A stretch of 46,948 nt of DNA, counting the filler, from Jimgerdemannia flammicorona (taxonomy: Eukaryota): NCBI GenBank assembly GCA_003990765.1. It is 2 parts of 2 records of this genome, joined end to end, with 100 filler letters (N's around TTAATTAATTAA, not from the genome) between each part and the next. Parts side by side here need not be neighbours in the genome. Positions count along the whole stretch, not along the records: positions 23,532 to 46,948 come from RBNJ01001107.1; 1 more part is not named here. One strand, written 5' to 3'. The notes beneath the pieces are model-generated. The model had not been told where the DNA came from and made no database searches. It was given only the letters and a program-made list of their open reading frames with translations. A program made the translations under genes and the position numbers. The first letter of the stretch is position 1; each line of letters opens with the position of its first letter. Of the stretch, positions 23,532 through 36,117 are shown piece by piece.

Positions 23532-26500
23532 CCCCCTACCTCTTCTCAATGAAAGACCACTTTATCAAATACCATTTCCACCTGTCCACCACTCTGTCCA
23601 CAAATCCCTTCCACCAGACAGCGATATTGCCCCCCTTGGGGACTCCATCCAACCCACCACCCAGTCAGTAGATCCCCCACCAACTCCTCCCACCTCAATA
23701 ACTTCTCCTATATCTCTATCTATCACCCCTCCTCAAAAACAAAGAGCCAATGTCCAGCCAACCCCACCCACACTGCTATAACCCACCCTACAGTGAGCCT
23801 CCTATTGCCGATACCTCCCACCAGTCTAGATTCCAAATCCTCCCAGCGACCTCTCTCACCATCTGGTCTCCATTTGACACCCAGCTGGTCCCCTATAGCT
23901 ATCCAAAAGTCCCCCAGAACCTCACACTCTCCCAGCCAATGTTCCGGCATCCGCACAAATCCCCCAGCTTGCCCTATATTAAAACACTCCTCACAATCCA
24001 GTCGACCACCATCCACCAGATGCCCAGTACAGAAATTTAACATAACATTCCTCCACAGTATTCACCACCACACTACCCAGAACTTAGGAGGAAGCCACCT
24101 CTGCACCTCAGTACTCCAAGACCAGATTCCTGCCCAGTCCCACTCCTCACCAATCCTCACCACCTGCCAACTACTTGGTCAAAGATACTGGCCAAGTCCC
24201 CACTAATACTCCACTCCATCACCAAGATCAAACTCAGTAAGTGGAACTCTCCTTAGAAGCAGATGGTCTCATCGCCACATAGCTGGGCCCCACACCACCT
24301 CCCCCTCATTGCCTCGCCAGTGCAGGCCTATCCGGTGCGCTCCATCCACCACTCCCCACCAGAAGCTCTTAAACTATAGCTGTCAGCTTCCATTCAGACT
24401 CACCAAAGAGAGTAGATCTCCTGAGGACCCCCGGGGGAAGAATCTCATCTCCCATATCTTCTACATCAGTGGTACCCAACCTCCACCCTGTAGATCAATG
24501 GCTCTTTTCAACCACCAGGCTCGCAGGCAGTGTAGTCACTTAGGGAAATTGACAAGGCCTAGGCCTCCCCTAAGCACTGGCTCTACAAGGGTATCTCAAC
24601 TGATCTGGGCCCTTCTCCCAGCTCAAATCCAATCCCTAGCCAGTTTTATCAGCCTCTTTACCACTCAGGCTGGAAAATCTAAGTGGTATGCTACATACCA
24701 CAGCTTGGGGAACCAGTAAACATTCAGAATCGCCACCCACCCTGCCAGGGAGATGTGACAACCCCCCCAGCCTTTTAGTGCCTCCCCCCAAATGACCACC
24801 CTTCTCTCCCACCATATCTATGGCAGGACTGATCCATATATAGACAGGAAGATACCTAGATACTGCACCACCTCTCCTGTGGAGACAATTGTTCCAATGA
24901 TATCCCCTCCCACTAGTTCATTCCCCAACACCATTGTCTCACACTTATGCCAGTTGAGTTTTGCTCCAGAGTGTACCTCATACTATTCCACTGTTTCCTG
25001 AAGAGCCTCTACATCCGCTACTAATCCAAGTCCAACTACCATATCATCTGCAAAGGCCCCCACTTTCCACTCCACACCATATACAGAGAGCCCAGCCACC
25101 TTCCTATGGATCCTATCCATCAGAGGTTCCAGAGAAAGGGTATAAAGGATAGAAGACAGTGGGTCTCCTTGAGGAACTCCTCTCCCCAAGGAAAATGCCA
25201 AACCCCTGTGACCATTACACATCAGTGCCACTCGACTCCTCTCCAACAACTTCAACATAGACTTCCGAAACTGTAGTGGAACACCAATTCAGTCCAGTAT
25301 CTTGTCCAGCCAAACCTGCCGAATATGGTCATAGGCCTTCTCCTGGTCCAAAAAAACCAGTCTACCATCCAGTCCACAAGCCTGGGCCCCTTCAATAATG
25401 CCGTGCACCCAGGCAGTCCCATCTCTGATAAGTCTACCTCCTACAAAGCCCTGCTGCTCCTCACCCAGTACCTGTTGGGCAACCTTCTGCAGCCTTGCAA
25501 CAATCACCTTAGTCACCAACTTTCGGTCTATGTCCAGAAGCATGATCGGCCTCCAGTTCTTCCAATCCTTACACCTGCTCTTGTCTTTGTACAAAAGGGC
25601 CACCAGCCCTAAGTCCTGCTCTCCAACCCACATACCATTTAGAAGAACATGGTCACAGAGGGCAGCCATCTCTCTCAGCATACCAGGGACTTTTGCCATC
25701 TTCTTCCAGAAGTCCCACAGTAACCCATCTTCCCCTGGCACTGTCCCAAGCTTAGTTGCTGCCAGGACTTCTTGGATCTCCTCCTCTTGGACTGGTAAGA
25801 TCAAGTCACCCAGTCCCTCTACCTGCGGCAGCTCCCACTCCTCCAGTGTAACACCAATTGTCTCTGCATCAGCACCCCCTTCATCCTCACTCCACAGACC
25901 CTGCCATTTCTCCTTCAATACCCCTAGGATCTGTTGTGTGCCATGCACCAAATCCCCCTCAGCATTAAGGACCCCATCCCACCAATGTCTCATCCTCCTA
26001 GCTTTGAGGAGCCTAGACAAGTACCTAGTAGGCCGCTCTTCCACCTCAAGCCTCTACCACCTTAGCCTGGCAGCCATTTCTTGCATATGAGTCTCCTCCT
26101 CCTCTCTTAACACCTGTTGCAGTTCCATTACCTCCAATTTTGCCCACTCCAATCTCCAATCCTCTACCTTACCAGAAGTAAGTAAATCAGCCCACTCCAT
26201 CTGCAATCTCCTCAGCCTATCTGAAGCACACCTTATGTACTTCCTCCTCTGTCTCCCAGCCTCTCTACCAGCTCTTCCCCAATAGACCCTCGCAGCCTCC
26301 TTCAACCTCATCCAACAGACACCCACAGACAAACTCTCCTGCCTCCAGAGAGGAACCTTTGCCTGGATGTCCTCCACCCATGAGTCCCACAACCCCTTCT
26401 CAGCCAGTAGGGAGGAGTTAAGGCACCAATGTCTGGGTCCATCTCCACTCCCCCCAAACTGCCCCTGCCCTAACAGTCCCCAGTGATCAGACCATGGGCA

Positions 26501-27163
26501 CCACTCTACCTCCAAAGTCTTCCAAACATCAGCACCCCAACAATTGGCTGTCAGAATCCAGTCAATCTGTATCCCTAAGCCATTCACCCAGTGTGTGTAG
26601 ACCCTGGTATTGCCCTATCATGTTCTGCCCATATCTCCTAAGGAGCTAAGATTCTCCATCTCCTCCCATGCATCTAGACCACTACTTCTCCCACCGGCAT
26701 TCCTCTCTCTGTCAGTTCTATCTAATTGCAGATCCCAAACCATATTAAAATTATCACCCAGAATATCAACACCTTCCTCCAAGAAGACTCCCTCCTCCAG
26801 CAGCTCCTTAATCCATGCAATCCGCTTACCTCTCACTGTAGGGCAGTAGCAGGAACCAACTCTTACCGAATCCCACCCTGGCCGATGCCATTCTCCCCAG
26901 ACCAAGCGGTCACCCCAGTTCCTGATTCCCTCTAAGTCTCCTCTATCCTTCTTCACCAGAATCACCACTTTGCCAAACCAAGCTGTAGCCCCACCCAAGT
27001 CCCTAGTCTACTCCACCCAATTGTCCTCATTCTTACACTGTACATCCTGCAGTAAAAAGAGATCAGCCTCTAATCTCTTGAGCCAAGTAAAAATGTTCTT
27101 TCACCGCCTAGAACCCCATAACCCATTCACATTCAGTGAGAAAATGTTAGTTGTACTATTCAT
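23532..27163 (-). pseudogene. LINE ORF2 (APE endonuclease - RT - zinc region)
   Basis: MNSTTNIFSLNVNGL, LLQD, GDNFNMV, IDWIL, WSDH; WRPIMLL, QQGFVGGR, LDQEKAYD, GVPQGDPLS, AFADDM, YLGI, GGLGLVN; CEEC...EHWLGEC. Confidence 0.95.
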
Positions 27164-27194
27164 AGGGAATAATGTTATATGATGATCTCATCTT

Positions 27195-29193
27195 CTACAA
27201 ATCTGCATTCAACTCCTCCTGCGCCAAGTCCAAGTCACGTTCTGCTGCTAGTTCCTTCTTTTCAGCTTCCTGTACCTCCAACCCTCCCAGAAGTTCCACT
27301 ATTGCCCCATCCTCTTTCTCCTCAAAGTCCTCACGATACTCCAGACAGGCCTCCTGCCAGAACTGCAAACCATGATGCTCTGCCCAGCAGTAAGCAGCCC
27401 GCTCACCAGCAACTCCTGCAGCTCTACCTTCCACACCTCATCCACCTTGTATCCCTCCTCCTCCAGGAAGATCGCAAGAATCTCCATCTTCAGTGCCTCC
27501 ACCATCCCATCACCACACAGAATCTGTTCCCAATACTCCTCAGGCATCACATGCAGGTCCACTTCTCCCAACACCTCAGTCGTAAGGTTATCCATCACCT
27601 TGCTCATCCACAGCAGATTCTCCACCTCCTTCCCTCCAGGCGTCCCCGGCTGCCCTGCATCTAGCATTGTGGTATCTGCTCCTATACTGGCAGTCTTATC
27701 CCACTCCTCCTCTGGGACATCCACCAGCTCATCCTCACCAACTGTCACCACCTGCCCCCTTTTTGCCACATTGGAGACCCCAAAGTGAACTCACTGGGCC
27801 CCCTCCATCAGCACATCTACTACCACCCCTCTCTTTACAACTGGGCCCCTCCTGATGAGAGATGGGGAGGTGCCATCCAACTCCTGCTCCTAGACCTCGA
27901 AAGTACCATCTGTATAGGGGTCCTTGCTCGGCACCTTCCCAATCTCTTCCCTGTTCACCTCTACCTCCTCTCCTCCTTTACTAGCCCAGACACTAGCTTT
28001 GATACCTCCAGACTCTTCAGCCCTATCCACCTTCTTCTTCAGCTCTCCTTTTATACTGGCCAAAAGCTCCCTCTACTGTAAGCACCTCTGGGCCCGCTCC
28101 CACTGCCTCTTGTCAGTGCAGATACATTTCCCCTCCACAATCTCCAAATGTGTCGACTCCTCAAAGAGCCTCCATACCTTTCCCCACTGTTCAACTGCTC
28201 CACTCAACTCCTCCAATGCTTCCAACAAGTCTTCCTCCTCCTCTTCACTCCCCTTCACCCTCGACACCTTACAGACAAAAGCCCCCCACATCAACACTGA
28301 GGGCCCGTCACTCACCTTCCCTGTGGCCTCCTTCCCTACCAGCCTAATCCTGACATCAACATCTCCCATCCTAATCGCAGTCCTCTCCTATACCTGGAAG
28401 CTGATATCCACCACATTGCCATACTCTGTCATCACCTCATCCACTCTCCTCTTAGTCTCCTCCTTCATCACTGTAGGTACCCCCTTCACCAGCAGCTGCA
28501 CCACCCTGGGGTCCCACCTCAGGCATCGCACCATGGGGACCACCACCTCCCCAACTACCACTCTAGTCTTCAGGGCCTCTTTCAGTGGGCCTGCCTCCTC
28601 AAAGCCCACCTCAACCCCCTCCAGATCCTTCAGAAACTTCACCGAGGCAGCTCCAGCCACCTGCTTCGAGATAAGACCCAAGACCATCCTCACTGTCACA
28701 GCTAAGCCTCTGAAGCACAATGTCACCGCAAACTCCAAGATTGATTTCTTGAGTAACAGTGCTTCTGCCAGCCCTGTTACACCATCAGCCAGGTCCCTCT
28801 TCCATATTGAGAACCCCTGCCCCACTCTGCTATCAGCCATCACATCCCCTTTTTTTTCCTGATTCCCCATCATGCTTCCATCAGCAGTCCCACCCCCAGT
28901 CACAGCACCTCCAGCACCTACACTTGCATCTCCCACCAGAGCACCTCCCCCCCTCTCTAGGCTTGCCTTGCCCTTCCCTACAGCAGCACCAGCCCTAGCT
29001 CCAGCTGGCCACCCACTCTCCTTCACCTTATCCGCAAAGCTCGGGGGCCCAGACCTTCCCCCATCCCTACTAGCCACCGGTCTACCTCCAGATCTCTCAC
29101 CACCCTTTGACTCTTCAAAGGCCCCCATCTCTAGGCCATAACCCCTCCCCACATTCTGCCAACTGAAGGCCCCAGGTCCACCTGACCCAGCAT
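27195..29193 (-). pseudogene. LINE ORF1
   Basis: Minus-strand ORF pieces upstream of ORF2 (SFADKVK, RRM-like QLLVKGVP...YGNVVDI). Conserved with 40551-41950. The start is approximate. Confidence 0.8.
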
Positions 29194-30876
29194 GCCTGTC
29201 AGAACTCTTGCTTGATGATATTGTTATAATACCTTTTCTCTAAGTTGTGTCAAAAACTGTTGCTTGAAGTTGGTGTAATGTGAATTGTACCAGAAAAAGG
29301 TGCAATTCCTGGATACCCTCCAATAGCCCATTGATGGACCATCTAATCTCAGCATCATAGTAGCAGATGGAGCCTGAACTCAACTCCTTGAAGAAGTACA
29401 AAATATCATCATCTCTCTTGGACACATTCAGTTCTCTATCTCAAAAGCTATTGTCACTGAAGCTGTCACCTATGACATGATTCTTGGTACTAACTGGATG
29501 AAGGAAATGAATACAGTTGTTGATATTGGTCAACAAGTACTCAAGTTTGACTACCAAGGCAAGAAGTATAGAGTTAAGGTGACCAGCTATGAGTAATCAA
29601 AGAAGAAGAAGAAGATCACTATTCAGAAAGAATATGCCAGCAGTATAGAGTCTACCATAGAGGAGGAAGAAGAATCTGAAGATGGAAATGATCCCAGACT
29701 CAATCCCTGAATTAATCTGGTAGATGACAGACCAGAAGACAATATGTGGGCCAAGAACACCATCCCTATCACTATTGGAGCTATTGTAGGAGAAATCAAA
29801 GGATGCTCTATCTGCCTCAAGAGACACAAGTATCCCGAGCATTCCTCCAAGATCATGGGAACAAGGAAATTGCCTGGCATAGCCTGCCCAGAGTGCAGAA
29901 AGAAGAAGAAATACAGACATATTCCAGAAACACCTACAACTAAAGCTACAGAAGTATAAGCAATTTGGGGTCAAGAATCATCTGAGAAAGAAGAAACTTC
30001 AGACCAAGAAGTTCCTGAACAAGAAGTACCTGAAGAAGAAGAGGTTCCCAAACTCATTCCCTAGGATGACCCTCACTAGACACTACCTGAAGACAATGAC
30101 CCTTGGAATACAGAAGAAGGACCCAGTATAATCACCATTATCCCTAAGAAAGAATCTCACCAAGAAAAGACTTTTTGACTAGGAAGATGTCCACACCAAA
30201 TGGTCTTCCACTCTCTCCAAGACTACTGCTATCAGTGCCATTTACTAGACCACCAGAAGAGACAGAGATCCTAGAGACCAGAACCCCCAAATACAGTTGC
30301 ACAGTCAACTACCTTCCAAGAAGTACCACCAAGTTGCAAAATTAATTCAGAGGACAAGGCCTCTTTACCTAAACAGAAGTATATCCCTTATCTACCCTTC
30401 CACCAACTTATGACTAAGATGGGTACTGATTCCTGAGACAACAAGAGATTAATAACTGAGAACATCATTTCCAAATAATAGGATATTGCAACCATGGAAG
30501 ACACCCAGATTGCCAAGACTGTAGGCATCAGAAGATCCATCTCAGTCATAATGTTGCAATCCACACTTTGAATAGAGGAGATAACAGAAGCCAGATCTGA
30601 AAAAGCCAGGCAAAAAAGCCAGGAAAAAGGACCCTCAAGATCTATGATTTAGGAGAAGACATCCTGACTCTCATCAGACATGCAATCCACCAAGGATGGG
30701 TAGAAGATGCCATCAACTTCATGGAAGCCCTAGACCCTACAGAAAGAAGAAGAATCAACTATCTCTGAGACCCCTCTACTGGAGCCAGATGGCTACACCT
30801 CAACCTCAGAGCCTGAAGGCTGTCTGCTAGTGGAGCTTCAGCTCTAGGACAGCCTGAACTCAGCAAGGATATTGCC

Positions 30877-31281
30877 CAGTATGCCCTGCTACATCCCAAG
30901 GCCAAACCCCTGACCAAAGCCCACCCAGAGGATATAGAATATGATCTTTACAGTCTAGAGGATGAATTCATCAAGTCTGGAAAAACATTCATGATCAGAA
31001 CTGAACTAACTATGTAGCCACCTCAAGGAACTTATATATAATTGACCTCAAGGTCTGGACTTACCAGACAAGGAATAACTGTAGAATGAGGAACCATTGA
31101 CCCAGGATATATAGGTGAAATCAAGGTTATCCTACACAATAGCAGTGCAGAATAGCATCAAATTATTAGAGGACAGAAGATTGCCCAAGCAGTCTTCATG
31201 AAGGTCAGGACCCTGCAATTATAAGAAATGTCCAAACTGACTGAAGGAACAAGACAAGCCAAAGGATTTGGAAGTTCAGAC
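30877..31281 (+). pseudogene. dut: dUTPase domain, family B copy 1
   Basis: LHPKAKPLTKAHPEDIEYDLYS, RSGL, GTIDPGYIGEI, QKIAQ, RQAKGFGSSD, with stops. Confidence 0.9.
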
Positions 31282-31636
31282 AAGAAGGAAGTACATCTCC
31301 TTCAAGTCAACTACCTCAAGAGGAATGTTCCCCAACAAGTATACTGCCAATCAGTCAAACTGCACAAGAATCTCATCCTGGAGCTTAGAGAACAAACCAC
31401 CTTCGAAATCTTTACACCACCTGATCCCAGAAACCTTTTCTTTGAACCCAAGGAAGATATCCCACACCTAGATATAGAAGGACACACTTTTCCTGACAAG
31501 ATGAACCCAGTGTACTCCTGAGCAACCAACCAAAGTTAGGAGACCATCATCTTGCCAAAAGGAACCATCATAGGACATCTGGTGCCTTTTCTCAACCAAA
31601 CTCATAGGGAAGTTTATGAACTAAATTTATCAGGAA

Positions 31637-33101
31637 ATGGAAAAAGGTCCCAGAAGAAAGGAAAGGCCCTCTGCGACCCAGGAGACAGTGAAGCCTTCCA
31701 CCAACATTGGAGAAGAATTGACACCCCAACAACAGCAACAACTAGTAGAACTTCTCAACAAATATCAAGATATCTACACCACCAATTATGACAACCTACC
31801 ATACAATCTATCATATCACCACAGCATAAATACAGGAAATGTAACACCCATCTGGCAGAAACCCTATAGAATACCCTATTACTTAAAAACATTTGAAAAG
31901 GAGCACATTCAAGAACTCTTAGACAATGGAGTTATCTGGCCTTCAACCAGTCCCTGGGCCAGCCCTATACTTATTGTACCAAAGAAAGGAGGATGGAGAC
32001 TCTGTGTAGATTACAGGAAACTCAATTCAGTCACTAAAAAGGATACTTATCCTTTGCCCAGGATTGATGACTTTTTGGATCAGTTACAGAATATCAGATA
32101 CTTCAATAGTATAGATCTTTTCATGGAATTCCATGAGATCTCCATGGACCCAAAAGACATTCAAAAGACAGTCTTCTTGCTTTGGAAAAACTGTTTGAAT
32201 ACCTCTGAATACCTTTTGGACTTTGTAATATACCCCCTACCTTTCAGAGAATGATGAACTCAGTCTATGCCCCCTTGATCCACTACTGCCTAATTGTATA
32301 TATGGATGATTCTAACATCTATTCAGTAAATTTTGAAGAACATCTACACCACCTAGAGGAATTCTTCAAGCTCACTCACAAAAACCACTTGAGACCAGAT
32401 GTAAAGAAATACTATTTTGGAAAACAGAAACTTGAATTTCTTAGATTTATAGTTTTGAAAAAAGGAACCCAGCAGACCCAAAGAAAACTGAAAAGATCAA
32501 CAATTGGCCAGTACCCAAGACCCTGAAGGAAACACTATCATTTCTGATGCTAGTATCCTATTACAGAAGGTTTATCAAAGATTTTGCCCAAATTGCCGCC
32601 AAAATCCAAATCCTTCTCAAGAAAGGAGTGCTATTCCAATAGACAGAATCACAAGAAAAAGCCTTCAGGGAACTCAAGAACTACATGACTACAGCACCAA
32701 TTCTTGTGTACCCCAATTTACAAAAGCCATTCATCTTGTATACAGATGCTTCCAAAGATGGCCTGGGAGCAGTTTTAGCTTAAGAAGAATCTGACCAACA
32801 ATACTATGTGATAGCTTATGCAAGCCAAGCTACCAATCAGCAGCAGATGAACTATGGTAGCACCAAACTGGAATGCCTTGCAGTTATATGAGCAGTCACC
32901 CTGTTCAAGCATTACCTTATCAGAAAAAGATTCACTCTGATCACAGACCATGTAGCCCTCAAATGACTATTCAACTACAAGGAACTCACCAGAATTCTAG
33001 CCCACTGGATCTTTATCCTTTAGGATTACAAAATCACCATCATTCACAAAGCAGGGAAAGCCCACAACAATGTTGATGTACTTTCCTGCCAGCCCCAATA
33101 A
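31637..33101 (+). pseudogene. RT + RNase H, family B copy 1
   Basis: SPWASPILIVPKKGGWRLCVDYRKLN, YPLPRIDD, VYMDD, YTDAS, LECLA, TDH, ending NVDVLSCQPQ*. Confidence 0.93.
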
Positions 33102-34177
33102 ACTAGAAGAAGAGTGTCCCAAGGAACTACACCCTAAAAGAAGCTCCTCAGACCATCAAGGCACAAGAAGATCTCATCTGAAAAGAACATCAGAAAGCTC
33201 ACCAGGGACAGGTGAATATAGAAGAGAAGCTGCAAAAAATACATCAACATTGGTCTAACCTCAGAACACAAGTCCAGGATATATTCAAGAAATGTGACAC
33301 CTGTCAAAAGTACCAAGAAAGGAAGAACTATCAAGCACTATTGCAACCAATTGCACCACCAGACAATATCTTTCAGAGATGGAGAATAGATATAATTGGA
33401 CCTTTACTAGTTATACCAAGAAGAAACAAATATATCCTTATATTTGTGGAACATTTGACCAAGTGGCCCAAGGCTTTCTCAATGGAAATTGCAGATGCCT
33501 TAACCATTGTAGGCCTTCTCCATGGACTCACACTCAGATATAGACCCCCAGAAGAACTCATCTCTGACTGAGGCATATAATTCATCAACAATATAATCAC
33601 AAGTTATGCCTGAATTCACAAGATCCACCTCAAATAGACCACATCATACCACCCTCAGACCAATGGCATGACAGAGAGAATGAACCAAACCATCAAGAAA
33701 AGACTTGCCTGAGTTAATCCTACCAATTGGAACCTCTGCTTACCTGAGATCCTATGGGAAATTCAGAATACCTCTGCTGCCTCTACCAAACAAAAGCCAT
33801 TTGAAATGATGTTTGTCAAGAAAACCAGAACTACTGACTATGAGAATCTCGGAAATCTCCTCAAGAAGACAGAACAGTTACGTAATCAAGCCCAAGGTCA
33901 GATTATCAAAGCCCAAGAAAGACAAAAGAAGTATTATAACTAGAAACAGAAGGATCAGGAGATCAAGATTGGAGATCAAGTACTAGTTTGGAGAAGTATG
34001 ATTGAAACAAATTTTGCTGTCAAATTGGAACCCAAATGGGAAGAATCTTATCTTATATACAATATCAGAGAAACCAGCATCTATTTAAGAAGTATAGATG
34101 AATGAACCCTGAAGACACTAGTACACATCAATCACCTCAAGATATACCTTTTCCCACATCATGAATTAAGGAGTTGA
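33098..34177 (+). pseudogene. integrase, family B copy 1
   Basis: HQKAH...CDTC, IDIIGP, ISD, YHPQTNGMTER, KLEPKWE, ending HINHLKIYL...*. No chromodomain. Confidence 0.9.
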
Positions 34178-34676
34178 CAACCACCTTTGAACCCTTGTCC
34201 TCAGCTCATTTCAATCACTGCCAGTTCCCCTATCCCAATTCTGAGAAATCAATGGGAATACTCTCCAGAAGATCCAGATTCATCAAGAGAATCTTGTCTT
34301 GACCAGATGATTACTACAAGTCCACCAACTCCAGGCCCATTATGCAATTGGAGAACAATTGCAGAACCTCTCAGTCCTAGAACAAACATATATCCAAAGT
34401 ACTACAAGACTATCAAGAAGAGATATCACTGCTATAGACAGGCTCTATACTCTTTACAAATATAACTCTGCAGCCTTATTACAAGCACAATTCTCCTGAT
34501 AGGATGCATATAGAATAAACTTGGCCACCTACCTGAGCATCATCAATGCTATCAAAATCCTATTTCCAGAAGAAGAAGAAGAATCCTTAGAATGGAGCAA
34601 CCATGGTACAGATGATGAAGATGATGGAACAGGTATTAATACAGAAGATACTTACTCATACTGAAATGATGACTAA
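34161..34676 (+). pseudogene. ORF3, family B copy 1 (~171 codons, acidic tail)
   Basis: MN*GVDNHL*TLVLSSFQSLPVP...QAHYAIGEQLQ...LSRRDITAIDRLYTLY...EEEEE...DDEDD. No frameshift. The frame is retained in the copies at 37122 and 45986. Confidence 0.75.
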
Positions 34677-34716
34677 AGGACAGTCTGAGAACAGACCATC
34701 CTTTAGTGGGGACTGA

Positions 34717-36117
34717 TGTGACAAACCAGAATATACCACCCAAATTACAACTTAGCCAGATAATGTGAACATATAGCAACCAGTAACTATTGCTGCAGAA
34801 AGCTATATAAATAGCCAGACTACCAGATAAGATATACCTGTATAAGACCTACATATCTGTACAAGACCTACACACCTATGTAAGACCTACACACCTATGC
34901 AAGACCTACACACTTACTATAGATAGTAATCTATAGTTAGCCATATAGCAACCAGATAGCAACCATAATATATAAATTACCCCAGAGACAAGAGTGAATA
35001 AACCTTAGTCTGAATTAAAGTGCAAACCAAAGAAGCCTCTAAAGATTGAGCATTGGTCCCCTTATTTCTACTTCAGTTTACTTTTCAATATAAAGCTTGA
35101 AGATTTTGCCATTAAGTTTAAGAAAGAACTTTGCCACCTTTGGAATTATTGGTACACTTGCCAGATAAGCCTAAAGAAATCAAGTTTCTGCCATCTAAGA
35201 GAAAGCCATTTTGCTCAAGCCAGTTTCTGATACAACTTTACAGTAATTCATTTACACTAATGAAGCCAGTCTTTGACACAACTTTTCCAAGAGACCCTTT
35301 TCCAAAAGCTGCCAGCATGTTTCCCAGTTGAAGCCACCATTTTCAAGTTTTCTATATTCCCAAAGAACTCTGCTGATTCAGGAAGAATCTGTGCCAATGT
35401 ATTCCCAGAAGAGTCTGCTGATTCAGAAAGAATCCATGCCATCCAAGTAGTATTCCCAGTTGAAGCCGCCAATTCAGAAGAATCCACACTATCCAAGTTA
35501 TTTTTCAGAGAGCCACTAATTTAGGAAGAATCTGCAACATCCGAGTTACCTAAGCTACCCGAGTTATTAAATTATCCACCTCCCATGACACCTGAGTTAT
35601 CCAAGTAATCTGAGTTATCCACTGCCAAGTTATCTATTGTTCCCAGTGAGCTAATTCAGAGGAAGCTGTACCAAACTGAGTCATCTACCAGAAACTGCAT
35701 ACTTTTGGAGATTGTCACACTATACAGAGATTGTCATACTAAGATTATCATACAGAAATTGCATAAGGAGAACTGCTAAATTGCCAGACCATCATGCATA
35801 AAGAACTCATGCTATACAAGATTGTCATACATAGAGATCATCACACTATACATGAAATTCTACCAATTCTCAGATTGACCCAATAAGGAAACCCATTTAT
35901 ACAAATTGCTGCTATACCCAGAGAATCATCCCAATTAGGAAATCAATATACAAATTGCTTGCAGATATTCAGCTTTGACTATTATACCACTAAACACCAA
36001 GGACCTCAGGAATCTTAGAATATTTTGTTACTTTTTGACAAAGTAACTGGGGGCTCAAGCCAAACTACATCAATCCCCAACCTTGTAATTTGCCTCCATT
36101 GAGTCAGGCATATTACA
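34717..36117 (+). repeat. family-B 3' LTR (1401 bp)
   Basis: TGTGAC...TTACA. Homologous to 37361-38807. AATAAA at 34997. Confidence 0.9.

Larger units (their letters stand above)
23532..29302 (-). mobile_element. near-full-length LINE (L1/Tx1-like), decayed; 3' end lies in the gap
   Basis: Contains ORF1 and ORF2 (APE endonuclease, RT, C-terminal zinc region). The 5' end agrees with the copy ending near 42137. Confidence 0.95.
29303..36117 (+). mobile_element. Ty3/gypsy family B, copy 1 (protease C-half to 3' LTR)
   Basis: Protease half (VADGA...YDMILGTNWM), Cys/His-rich spacer, dUTPase, RT, RH, IN, ORF3, purine tract, LTR. Confidence 0.93.

Noticed and set aside
25398..29141. Long plus-strand Ser/Pro/Thr-rich ORFs (230 aa, 312 aa, etc.; also 41101-41652)
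   Set aside because: They are antisense shadows of the G-rich LINE ORFs, where stop codons are scarce on the C-rich strand.
31620..31690. Programmed frameshift or separate start before family-B RT
   Set aside because: The two copies differ in a C-run at this spot and give different offsets, which is consistent with homopolymer indels.
35131..35524. ORFs inside the family-B LTR (also 397-591)
   Set aside because: They arise from tandem repeats and are not kept open in the other LTR copy.
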